Assembly (NCBI GenBank): GCA_050613775.1 | Contig: JBODTK010000012.1 | Span: forward strand, 1-64,000 | Reading direction: 5' to 3' | Source of the DNA: Neocallimastix sp. 'constans' | Lineage: Eukaryota | DNA: 64,000 nt | Shown here: in pieces, positions 28,937 through 44,015 of the stretch | Position numbering within the stretch: the first letter of the stretch is position 1 | Layout of the letters: each line of letters opens with the position of its first letter | Notes under the pieces: model-generated | What the model was told of the DNA's origin: nothing | What the model saw: the letters and a program-made list of their open reading frames with translations, nothing else | Database searches by the model: none | Position numbers and translations under genes: made by a program

Positions 28937-28950
28937 CTTAATATTGAAAT
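28937..28950 (-). other. Predicted 14-nt non-coding micro-exon in the RPS22 5' UTR
   Basis: Minus strand GGTTAG|ATTTCAATATTAAG|GTATGA. The downstream acceptor is at 28547-28546, just before the ATG. A candidate upstream donor lies at 29352. Confidence 0.55.
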
Positions 28951-29811
28951 CTAACCACAATAAAATTCAAAGAGAAGGCTCAATATGATTAATTAAAACT
29001 TTTGTTTTATATGATTATCTAAGCCTTGTACTTTAACCAATCAATAATATTTAAGGTTTAATAATAATTTTTTTAATTATTACTATATATTAAATTATAA
29101 TCATAATATATTTTAATATATAATAGTAATTAAACATTAAAATAATATTATTTAATTTTAATACAAATATTATTTTAGTAATAAAAACTTATGATTAGTC
29201 ATTATTTTGGAATACTTTAAATAAATTATTAAATAAATAACGTTTAATAAATATTCTAAATTAAATTAGAGCATTTTCTTATTATTATTTTGTGTTTTAT
29301 TCTTTTGAATTATAATTTTTCTTCTAATAACTTTGGTACACAAGAATAATACTTAATCAACGGTTGAACTTTACTTCATATTTTATTTTGAGAAGGTTAA
29401 TTGTTTAATTCATTATATTAATTAAATTTCAATTTTAATAATAATTATTAAAATTATAATGATAAAATAAGAAATATAATAAAAATGATAAAAATTATAT
29501 ATATATATAATTTTTAAATTTTATTAATATAAGAATTATTGATAAATATTTATACATAAAAATAATAATGAAATTCTTTTTGCAAATTATTTACTTAGAT
29601 ATAAAAGATATAAATTAATTATTATTTTACCTATCATTAGTATAATTCAAATGATAATTAAAAACAGTTAAAACTAATTTATTAAAAAATAATAATAATA
29701 ATAATATCAATAAAATAACAGTAAAAAAAATATTTACAAAGATAATATTATATTTATTGATAGAGTAATTATTATGTTTATGTTAATCTTAATCATTTGA
29801 ATAAATGTTAT

Positions 29812-30222
29812 TACTTGAAGATTATCAATAGAATAATCAAATTCTTTTCCTTCAGCAGCAGCATTTAACAATCTAAAATCTTTTTTTTTTTTTTTTTTTT
29901 TTTTTGTTGACAATGAATTCTTTTCAATAATTCTTTATCATTTTTTTTATAAAAATTTATTAAATTTAGGATCTTTTTCCTTAAATTCTTTCATTTGCTT
30001 TATTTGTTTTTCAATTTCATTTATTTCATCATCATCAACAACATCTTCTTCTTCTAATTCTTCACCTCCCTCCTCTTCTTCTACTTCATTATCTTCACAA
30101 TTTTCAAATTCAATACCAAAGGTTTTCATCTTTTTCAGTAATTTAATATCCTGTATTATCTTCCTTTTCTTTTTGAAGACAATGTAAAGGAATTTTTTTA
30201 CCCTTTGGTTTACCTCTCCCAT
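29812..30222 (-). pseudogene. NOC2-like N-terminal pseudogene fragment
   Basis: MGEVNQRVKKFL..., acidic tract, then KEKDPKFNKFL*KNDKELL, which resembles the Noc2 motif K.KDPEFYK.L..NDK.LL with a premature TAA. A further piece FRLLNAAAEGKEFDYSIDN follows a poly-A break. Confidence 0.6.
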
Positions 30223-33218
30223 AAATTCCTTCTTTTTTTTTTTTTTTTTTGCATTGTTTTCTTCTTTCCAAAATCCCCTTTAACTTATTTTGAACAATTC
30301 TTTTAGTACATATTTTGTTTTCGTTATATCCTTTTAATGCTTATGATTGTGCTTCAACATTATGATATAAAATTTCCAATTTTATATATAATAATTTAGT
30401 ATTACTATAGAAAGTTTATTGATAAAGGATGTCCTTTTTTTAATTAAAGTAATAAATAATATTATATTTTTAAAAATTTTAAATTAGAATTTCGAAATCA
30501 ACCATTGATATTAATTATTTAGTATTGCCAATAACATATATTTTAAACTGGTTAAAAAAATTTAATTATATTTCACAGAAATTCTTTTTTAAAATGTATA
30601 ATTTTATCCTAAATCAATTAACTAAAAATGGAAATAAAAAAAATGTATTTATCTGTGCAAATTCATAAAATATTGTAATGTAATTATTGGAATTATTGAA
30701 ATTATTTGTTATAAATTATTATTCTTAATTTTTTTAAAAAAGAAAAAATCTTTATTATTGCTTTAAAATTAATCATAATATTTTTAATATTTTTAGTCTT
30801 TTTATGAGATAACCTCTAATGGAATATAAATATAAAACAATGAATTAAAATATTAAAAATATAAATTTTCAAATTTAAATAACTTAATGTAATCATAAAA
30901 ATTATTTGATTTATTTAATAATAGGTAAAGATTGTTATGTGTTTTTTATTGCAATAGTTATTTACATGGTTAATTTTATTTTATAATTATTATTGCTAAA
31001 ATAGAATTAAATCATTAATTAATAAATCTGTTGAACCAGAATTAAATTAAACCAGTAGAACTAAAATTAAATAATGACATCTCCAGTAGAACTGATTCAT
31101 TAGATAATAACCTTGTAAATTTATATACTGTGAATACTGAAGTAATAATAAATAGTACTCAAAAACCAATTATTTAGGAAAAAAAAGAAAAAAATACCAA
31201 ACAAAAATGATACCTTCTCTTCAAAATAATGATTCTTCTTTTGTTAATAATTCACAAAATAAAGCTAATATTACAAAAGATGCTATTTCAAATCTTTCTG
31301 AATCAATCACCATTTTACCTTAAACTGCTACAACTAAATTTGTAAATTCTAAAATAATTTAAATAATAAAAAAATTTTTTTTATTTCTTTTTCTTTTCAT
31401 ATTAGATACCATAGACCTGTTTAGTATTATTAGAAATTACATTATTAGCTGATCAACTTGGTTATAGTTATCAATATGTAAATATGCTTTATTTATTTTT
31501 ATAAAAAAAAAAAAAAAAATCGTAAATTTTATCATAAATATTTCATATATTCAAAACTTTTTTATATATATATTTTTATATTTTGTATGTCTTTATATAA
31601 ATTTATAAAAAATTTTTTATATTAAATATATTTGTATAATAGATTTAATATTCAATAGGAAATATGAAAAGAATTTGATCTAATATCAATTCCAGTTGTT
31701 AATAAGTTTAGCTTTTTTCATTAATTAATCGATATAAAGAAGTTTTTGTTAACAGCATATTCTTATATTTGTTTATTATTGGTTTTTCAGTATTCATAGA
31801 AAAAATATTTTGTTGTTAACTTAATTTTTCCTTATATATATATATATCAATTTGAATTTTTAATTACTAATAATTAACTTGTTAACAAATGTAAAAATAA
31901 TTATATGTTTTTGTATATAAATATTTAAATATTTAATGTAATTATATTATATGCATTTAAATATGAAAAATAGCAAATACAAATTATAATAAAATAAATA
32001 AAAGTTTATTTATTAGAAATAAATTTAATAAAACAAAATAGAAATGGAATAAAAAAAAAATAAAAAAAAAAAAAGTAAATATCGTTTACATATATATGTA
32101 TATATCCTTTTAGTTATATATAAATTTAATAAATTTTATTTTAAATACTTTATAAAATATAATATTAATATTTAAAAACATAAAAAAACATAAACATAAA
32201 AAAAAAAATAAAAATAAAAATAAAAAAAAAAAATAAAAAATTAAATTATATATTTATTGAAAAATTAATAATAAATATACCCACTTTTTTTTTTTTTATA
32301 AAATAGAAAATAATAAATATAAGATAAAGATAATACAAGTCAAAGGGTTCTTAGTAAATGAACGTTTGACTTTTAAATACTTATTTTTTAAAATTATATA
32401 AAAATTAAACACTATATAAAATTAAATAATTTCCTCTCTAAAATTATTTATTTATCAAAAAGTTATATTTATATTTATATAACTCATAGAAAATAAAATA
32501 TTTTCTATTTATATATAAATATATATATATATTTATTACTTATTTATTTATCATTTATTTATTTATCTTCTCTTTTTTATCCTTTCTCTAAAAGTCCACT
32601 TCTGTTTATTATATTACTTATATCTTTTTACTATTATAATAAGTTTTTTAACTATTCTATTCAAAATAATAATATTAATACAAATTTAATAAATTTTAAT
32701 ATATTTCTATATATATTTTGTTTTTGTTTTCTTTTAAAATTATTTGCTATAAAAATTATTTGCTATAAAAATTCTTTATCAATAATAATAATATTATTAT
32801 TATTAATAGATAATTAATAAAATAAAATATGAAATAATATAAAAATATATATAAGTGTTAGGTAATAATAATAATAAAAAAAAATTAAATATTAAAAAAT
32901 TAAAATATAAAAAATTAAAAATAAAAATAAATGAAATCATTGATATATTATACTATTTGTTAGAATATGTGAAATATATGAAAAATAAGAGTCAAATGTA
33001 TAATATAAAGTTTTTGTCATCAAAAATTTAATTTTAAAGTTTTAGAATTTTTTTAAAAAAAAAAAAAAAACTGGTTATAATTCATTTTTTTTACTTTCTT
33101 ATTTTTTTGAAAAAAAATAAAAAAAAAAATTTAAATTATTTATCATTTATTGGATATACTAAGAAAATAAATAATTATCTCTAAATATAAAAAAAAAAAA
33201 AAAAAAAAAGGAAAAAGG

Positions 33219-33258
<40 letters not shown>

Positions 33259-33410
33259 TTAAAGATACTTATATCATACATAATACATAGAAAAGATTTT
33301 GATAAAATATATTGGCATTATTTAAATTATGAAAAATATCAATATAATATTATTTAAAATAAATAATACAATAATTAAAAAATTTTGAAAATAATAAAAA
33401 AATAAAAAAA

Positions 33411-36907
<3,497 letters not shown>

Positions 36908-37794
36908 ATAATTATAAATAGAACATTAAAAGAGACTCAACAGTAATAATACTTAATAAGTAATAATTAATATTGATAATATAATAACAATAAAAATAAT
37001 AATAAAATAATTATAATAATACTAATAATAAAATAATAAATTACAAATAAAAAAAATCAATAATAATAATACTATTGAATATAAAATATTTATTATAAAA
37101 ATTTTTTCTATTTTTTAAAAAAATAAAATAAAATAAAACAATATATATATAATGTAAAAAAATTTTATTAAAAAATTATTTTTCGCTATATAAATCATTT
37201 ACTTTGTTTTTTTAAAATAATAAAATAAATTTTTTTTTTTTAAATAGAATTTAAATAAAATATATTTAAAAAGAGAACATAAATACAAAAATAAACATTA
37301 ATTATTATATTTATTTTAAAATAAAAAATACAATAGAACGTAACATACTTTATTTTAAAATAAATATTTTAAAGTAAAAATACTATTCCATTCAAAATAA
37401 AAATGAACAATATATTGTCAATATTCGTATATTTCATTATCTTTCACATATAATATTCTTCATTTTAATAATATTATTTAATTAAATATAATTATTTATG
37501 CACGTATATGTCAAAATTATTTTTGACTATTCATGAGTTTTTTTTTTGGTTTTTTTGTTTTTTCTTTTTTTTGTTTATTTGTTTTTATAATTATTTATTT
37601 TTTATGAACAATTATAAATTTATTTGTACATTTATTGTTTTTTTGTTTTTTTTTTGTTTGTTTGTTTGCTTGTTTTTTTTTTTTTTTTTTTTTTAAGTTT
37701 TATAAAAAAATTTATATATACATTATGAATTCTTATAAATCAAAATTTTTTTTATTATCATTCACTATTATTTAAATATTTATCAATTATTAGC

Positions 37795-38716
37795 TTATAA
37801 TTCAGCCTTTGCGTTCTTTTCAACTGGAAGTTCACCACAATCAGCAATAATAACTGGAGTAGCTGGTCTGTCACCTGGAAGAGTCTTAGTAGTTTCAATG
37901 GCAGTAACAACGTCCATACCTTCAATAACTTTACCGAAAACTATTATTAATTAAATAAATGATTATTAGTCAATTGCAAATTAGTATATATATATTAAAA
38001 TAATTTATTATTTATATTTAAAAATATTTTAAAATATTATTCAATTTCTATTATAATCAAATTTCAATTATTATAAAAAATTACTAAAAACTTACCAACG
38101 TGACGACCATCTAACCATGAAGTGGTAACAGTTGTAATGAAAAATTGACTACCATTAGTATCACGTCCAGCATTAGCCATTGAAAGAATACCTGGGCCAG
38201 TATGTCTAAGCTTGAAGTTTTCATCAGCAAATCTTTCACCATAGATAGATTTACCACCAGTACCATCACCACGAGTGAAATCACCACCTTGAATCATGAA
38301 GTCCTTAATAACACGGTGGAACTTTGAGTTCTTGTAACCATAACCTTTCTAATGATTATAAATAATATTAAAATATATTTTATTATTATTTTAATAATTT
38401 ATCCTTTACAAAATTTTAAACCCAATTTTTTTCACAATTTTCTTAATTAATTTATATTATATAAAACATATTTATATGTTGCTATTATCAAATAATATTT
38501 GACATTTACTTCTCCTGTAGCTAAAGCACGGAAGTTTTCAACGGTTTTTGGAACAACTTCACCATATAAACCTAAGACAATTCTACCAAGATCCTTGTCA
38601 CCTTGTTTGATATCAAAGAAGACCTTGTTAGTGATCTTTGGATTAGTAGAAGCAGAAACTATAGTAGCCAAAGCTACAATAACCAAAAAGATTAATGATT
38701 TAATTGAAAAGTTCAT
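37795..38716 (-). CDS. PPIB: ER cyclophilin B peptidyl-prolyl isomerase
   Basis: Exons 38716-38510, 38348-38096 and 37940-37795. Signal peptide, [52 protein letters not shown], and C-terminal KAEL (KDEL-like). Confidence 0.96.
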
Positions 38717-39190
38717 CTTATTTTTGATATTGTTATTAGATTATTATTAAAAATATTTATTTTATTTTTGATATTGATTCGTTTAATTGGTTAAATATAA
38801 TGGATAATCAATGTTATTGTTTATTATATATCAAAAAATAAAACATATAAATTATATTACAAATAAGAAATAATAATATTATAAACAATTTTCATTAGTT
38901 TTATTTGTTTTTCAATAAATATAATTTTAAAATATAAAAAAATATATGTATGACAATTTCCATTAATCTTCTAAAATTTACCTTAACTATTTTATTATTA
39001 AGAAAGTTAAAGAAAAAAAAAATAAAGTGGTATAATCCCTTTTTTGCAATAATAATAATGAATTTTTAATTTAAAATAGTGGCAAAATGTGATTGGGTTT
39101 GATATTTAATAATTCTTTATTTATTTTTGTTAATTTTACAATTATTTTATTTATTTATTTATTTATTTACTTTGATATTATTTTATCTAT

Positions 39191-39281
<91 letters not shown>

Positions 39282-39443
39282 TTATTAATTATTTATTTTA
39301 CATTTTTATTCATATATTTCAATTATTATAAAACAATATTAAATAATAAATAATTTTAATTAATATTCATATTTAAAAAATTTCTATTTTTTCGGTAATT
39401 AAAAATTTGTGTAACCAATAACACATTTTTTTTTTTTTATGTT

Positions 39444-40005
39444 TGATATACAACTCAAAAGTTCGATGTACTTTTGTTGGGATTTATTTATTAAATTTAT
39501 TAATTTATTATTTATTTATTTATTTAATTTTATATAGAAACTACATATATTTAAAAAGACTATTTAACAACTTTCTTATTCTTTTAATTACAAACTAACT
39601 TAACATAATATAACTTTTAATCTTAACTTTTACTTAACAACGACGACTACAGCCCAGCTCCTCTCTTAATTCAGAGAAATGCTTTATTTTTATGTTATTT
39701 AGTTATAATTAACTATTTAATTAATTGTTCCTGTGATTAGAATAAACTATTAATAATTATTACTTAAGGAAATATTTAATAACTATATAAATATAAATAT
39801 AAAATAATAAGAATAATTAAAACATTGATTTATGCTATAAAATTTATTATTAATTAAATATATAATTAATATATAAAAATCAAGCCACATATTGAAATTG
39901 TTGTGAAATCATTAGATTTAAATTTGATTTATGACATTAATTTATGTTTGAATAATAAAAACTAATTTTATATTAATTAAGGTTTGAATATTTCATTTTA
40001 TATCA
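39444..40005 (-). repeat. 3' LTR (562 bp)
   Basis: No difference from 43454-44015 seen by eye; TG...CA termini. Confidence 0.95.
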
Positions 40006-40027
40006 TTCGTCCCACCTTAAGATACAA

Positions 40028-42412
40028 CTATACATTAGTTGTATTAAATTTTATAATATTTTTAAGGTGTACTGGTCGTTCTAAGCATGTATGTGTGTTA
40101 GGATCCATTAATTGAACTGTATTAAATTTCTTTTTAACTACTTGATAAGGTCCAACAAAATAAGGGTCTAGTTTATATCTCGAAAATTTTTTTACTTTGA
40201 CGAACTCGCCAATTTTTATTTCATTTTGTTTCTTTGTTGCATATTTTTCTGTAGTATTTGAAAATTCATTTTTCATGATAATTTTTCTAGAGTTATCTCG
40301 GTCTTTAATGTATTCTTCTGCATTTAAATTTATAAAATGGTCCTCTAAAACTTCTTTCTTAAATTCACTAATTTCTTTGTTACCTTTAGTATTAATTTCA
40401 TTTTGTTCTTGTTCTATTTCATTTGCACTTTCATTACTACTAGAATCTTTATGATTTATAGCATTAACTTGGTAATTATTATTGTTAATATATGTATCTA
40501 TTTTATTTTCTAATATTTTATTCATATATAATATTATATTATTGAAAACTTGGTATAATTGATTTTGCAATTGACATAGATTTTTAATTTTATGTTTTTC
40601 ATCCATAAAAGCATCTCTTTCATTATATTGTAATATATAGGTATTTATATTGTGCAATATATTATTATTATACTCAATGATATTGGATTTTAATTGAATC
40701 AATTGATTTTTAAATTTTTTTAATTTATTTTGATTTATTTCTTGTATATGTCTATTACAATTTATATTATTCTTCATATTATTAATATATTCTAATATAT
40801 TATCATTTAAATTAGTTAATTTATTTCTATATATATTTTGATTATAATAAATTTTATTATCTTTGGTGTCTCCAGAATTTATTGAATTTTTGGAATATTC
40901 CATGATTTTTGGATTTTCTATATACCTTGCTTTTTCCCTCGAAATTTTTAAATTTGAAATAATTTTGAAATTTTTAATTTTATTGTTTAAATTAATTTTT
41001 GGAATTTTTGCATTAGAAATTTTTAACTTTTCTGATTTATTAAAATTTTTACTTTTCATAATGTCCTTCTTTCTTAAGTCCTTATTCTTTCCCTCCTGAG
41101 ATGATACTTCCTTTTTCTTAGATATTTCTTTTATACTATTTTCTTCATTATTCTTATTAGGTCTAATAAAATTGATACCACACGAATTCTTTTCAATAGC
41201 TTGGTTCTCAACGATAGGAGCAATGATATCAAAGTTTTCAACTGAAGTAAAACGACACAACGATCTTAACATAGGATGAATAAAAAGGTAATTATCAGCA
41301 ATTGATTTAAGTCCTAATAAGAAATCAAAGTAAATATCTTTATGATCAATAACACAGAAATCTGCTGTGAAAGTATAATTATTAATTGAAACTTTTAGAC
41401 GAACCACGATAGCATTCGCAATAGTACTATCCCCAAGAGCTTCATAAATTCTGCCTCTACATATATTAACTTGTTCATAGGTACCAGGTAGACTATTAAT
41501 ATAAGTAGTACTCACTAAATTCAAGTTACTTCCAGAATCTATGAGTAATCTTCCTTCGGTATTGTCTACCGATGCATTTACGATTCCCAAATCGTCACTA
41601 TGAAATTTTGTATTTTCTATTTTATTCTGATTATTTTCTTCTTCATTAATAATAAAAGGTTTCATGGCGTCCAAGGAGCTAACAAATTTAATTTTTTCTA
41701 ATTTTAAATTTTTTGTTAATTCGGACCTTAATTTGGGACATATATCTAGAATTTGACCAAAAGTAATATTGCATTTGGTATTGGCTAAATCTTTAATAAT
41801 TTCATACGGTTCCATATTGGTTAATTTAGCTAGATTTATGTGACGTTCTGGTTTTGTGATACCTTCCTGTTCATTAATTTTTAATTTTGTTTCTTCAAAG
41901 TCCACTTTCTTATTAATTACAGTTCCTTGTAAATTATTAATATTTGAATTTTTGAAATTATTTCTATTTTTGTTATTCAACTGGTCTTCACGTGATGATT
42001 TGTTAACATAATTATTACTTTCTTTATTAATTTTATTTTTATTTTTAATTTCTTCATCTTTGTTAAATTTATTATCATTAATAACATGATTATTATTATT
42101 GTTTAAATCTGGAGAAGATTTATTTATTTTAATGCTCTCATTAAAGGTAATCGTCTTTAAATTCTTTCTAACTTTAGGTTTTAGTATTTTCCTTTTAGAT
42201 AAATCAACTTCTTCTTCTACTTCATCTTTTTCTTCTTCATCTTTATGGAAAATATCGCTTTTACTTGCTGTATTTGCTTTAGCTTTCCTAATTTCCTTTC
42301 CAGCATCTAAAGAAAATTCCTTTCTTTTGGCAGCATCAACAAAATATTTCTTCTTCTCAGGAACGTTATTGGAATTTAAGGGAGAACGTTCACTCCCTCT
42401 TAGTAGTTTAAA
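40028..42412 (-). CDS. -1 frameshift ORF: aspartic protease, N/K-rich spacer and integrase C-terminal GPY/F-like module; no RT, RNase H or integrase core
   Basis: The frame is open from the slippery site at 42412 to the stop at 40028. Protease LLIDSGSNLNLVS...DFLLG; tail KIGEFVKVK...KLDPYFVGPYQVV...VHLKNI. No YxDD, HHCC or DDE motif found. Confidence 0.85.
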   Translation of the reverse strand, partial: FKLLRGSERSPLNSNNVPEKKKYFVDAAKRKEFSLDAGKEIRKAKANTASKSDIFHKDEEEKDEVEEEVDLSKRKILKPKVRKNLKTITFNESIKINKSSPDLNNNNNHVINDNKFNKDEEIKNKNKINKESNNYVNKSSREDQLNNKNRNNFKNSNINNLQGTVINKKVDFEETKLKINEQEGITKPERHINLAKLTNMEPYEIIKDLANTKCNITFGQILDICPKLRSELTKNLKLEKIKFVSSLDAMKPFIINEEENNQNKIENTKFHSDDLGIVNASVDNTEGRLLIDSGSNLNLVSTTYINSLPGTYEQVNICRGRIYEALGDSTIANAIVVRLKVSINNYTFTADFCVIDHKDIYFDFLLGLKSIADNYLFIHPMLRSLCRFTSVENFDIIAPIVENQAIEKNSCGINFIRPNKNNEENSIKEISKKKEVSSQEGKNKDLRKKDIMKSKNFNKSEKLKISNAKIPKINLNNKIKNFKIISNLKISREKARYIENPKIMEYSKNSINSGDTKDNKIYYNQNIYRNKLTNLNDNILEYINNMKNNINCNRHIQEINQNKLKKFKNQLIQLKSNIIEYNNNILHNINTYILQYNERDAFMDEKHKIKNLCQLQNQLYQVFNNIILYMNKILENKIDTYINNNNYQVNAINHKDSSSNESANEIEQEQNEINTKGNKEISEFKKEVLEDHFINLNAEEYIKDRDNSRKIIMKNEFSNTTEKYATKKQNEIKIGEFVKVKKFSRYKLDPYFVGPYQVVKKKFNTVQLMDPNTHTCLERPVHLKNIIKFNTTNV
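42361..42412 (-). promoter_or_regulatory. Programmed -1 ribosomal frameshift signal (U UUA AAC plus H-type pseudoknot)
   Basis: Heptamer TTTAAAC at 42412-42406 in gag phase, 7-nt spacer, stem AGGGAG/CTCCCT, and loop GAACGTT complementary to downstream AACGTTC (42367-42361). Confidence 0.85.
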
Positions 42413-43266
42413 CGTTCATTTGAGACATTAGCTGAACCACTTGATTCTTCATTTAGCATTCTTTGGTATTTCAAATATTCAAAATGATTAAATTTTGGAC
42501 AATTGTATTTCTTATGACCTTCTTCATTACAAAAATAGCACATCTGGACTCTATATTTACCTTTATTTCCATCATTATTCAAATTATTATTTTTGAAATT
42601 ATTATCACGTGATTCATGAGTGACTGGTTTATTATTAAAAATTTTGTTATTATGTGAACTAAATTTTTGGTTGTAAGAAGAATTTCCATTAGAGATACTA
42701 GTTCTTTTTCCACATTCATTTTCAACTTCATCAATTAATTCAGCTGTAGAAAAAGCTTTTGCTAGACTAATTCTTTTTCCCGCAAGTTTTACACCTTTCC
42801 ATGCTTCTTTCTTGTTAAAAATTGACTTCAAATAATCAGAAACAGAAATGCATCTACGATCATCTTCATCGAGTTTATTATATAATTCTTTATATTCTTT
42901 ATTAAATTCCTTTATATTTCCTCTGGTAGATATTGCCATATTTTTAAGTTTGTCGATAATGTCTTCTGGATCCATATATAAGTCATGAAATTCAAGAAGA
43001 GCATCACGTATTTCTTCTAAAGATGGATAAACAATGTTATTATCCACATCTTTAGTTACTAATGCATTAAGACAATGGATACTTTTACCAATCACTTTAA
43101 ATTTACAATTATTAAAAATTTCTTCTTCATCAGTAATTTGGTAAAGAGTGATCCAAGCCTTCATCTGGTTATACCAAGCATCAACATCCTTATTTGAATC
43201 TGAAAGGACTTGAATGCATTGGAATTGCATTAGTTTATTTTGATTTTTAATTAATTCTTCAGTCAT
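42400..43266 (-). CDS. gag: Gag with CCHC zinc knuckle
   Basis: First ATG at 43266 (frame open from 43323); capsid-like helices; CYFCNEEGHKKYNC. Confidence 0.9.
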   Translation of the reverse strand: MTEELIKNQNKLMQFQCIQVLSDSNKDVDAWYNQMKAWITLYQITDEEEIFNNCKFKVIGKSIHCLNALVTKDVDNNIVYPSLEEIRDALLEFHDLYMDPEDIIDKLKNMAISTRGNIKEFNKEYKELYNKLDEDDRRCISVSDYLKSIFNKKEAWKGVKLAGKRISLAKAFSTAELIDEVENECGKRTSISNGNSSYNQKFSSHNNKIFNNKPVTHESRDNNFKNNNLNNDGNKGKYRVQMCYFCNEEGHKKYNCPKFNHFEYLKYQRMLNEESSGSANVSNERLNY

Positions 43267-43320
43267 ATTTTTAACTTTAATTCTATTTTCTAATTGACTG
43301 AAAAATTCTTTAATCGAAAA

Positions 43321-43361
<41 letters not shown>

Positions 43362-43453
43362 ATTATTATATTTTATTTTATTTTATTAAAAAAAATAATG
43401 TTAAAATTTAATAAATATATTTTCCTCCCACAAGAGCCGATATCTCCACCAAA

Positions 43454-44015
43454 TGATATACAACTCAAAAGTTCGATGTACTTTTGTTGGGATTTATTTA
43501 TTAAATTTATTAATTTATTATTTATTTATTTATTTAATTTTATATAGAAACTACATATATTTAAAAAGACTATTTAACAACTTTCTTATTCTTTTAATTA
43601 CAAACTAACTTAACATAATATAACTTTTAATCTTAACTTTTACTTAACAACGACGACTACAGCCCAGCTCCTCTCTTAATTCAGAGAAATGCTTTATTTT
43701 TATGTTATTTAGTTATAATTAACTATTTAATTAATTGTTCCTGTGATTAGAATAAACTATTAATAATTATTACTTAAGGAAATATTTAATAACTATATAA
43801 ATATAAATATAAAATAATAAGAATAATTAAAACATTGATTTATGCTATAAAATTTATTATTAATTAAATATATAATTAATATATAAAAATCAAGCCACAT
43901 ATTGAAATTGTTGTGAAATCATTAGATTTAAATTTGATTTATGACATTAATTTATGTTTGAATAATAAAAACTAATTTTATATTAATTAAGGTTTGAATA
44001 TTTCATTTTATATCA
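43454..44015 (-). repeat. 5' LTR (562 bp)
   Basis: Followed on the minus strand by TT and the TGG-initiated PBS. Confidence 0.95.

Larger units (their letters stand above)
39444..44015 (-). mobile_element. Ty3/gypsy-derived non-autonomous LTR retrotransposon, full length
   Basis: Direct repeats 39444-40005 and 43454-44015 (TGATATA...TATATCA). TSD TGTT at 39440-39443 and 44016-44019. PBS TGGTGGAGATATCGG at 43451-43437. Purine-rich tract AAGGTGGGACGAA at 40018-40006. Confidence 0.95.

Noticed and set aside
40197..42431. Plus-strand ORFs at 40197, 40863 and 42099
   Set aside because: Antisense shadows of the retroelement ORF.
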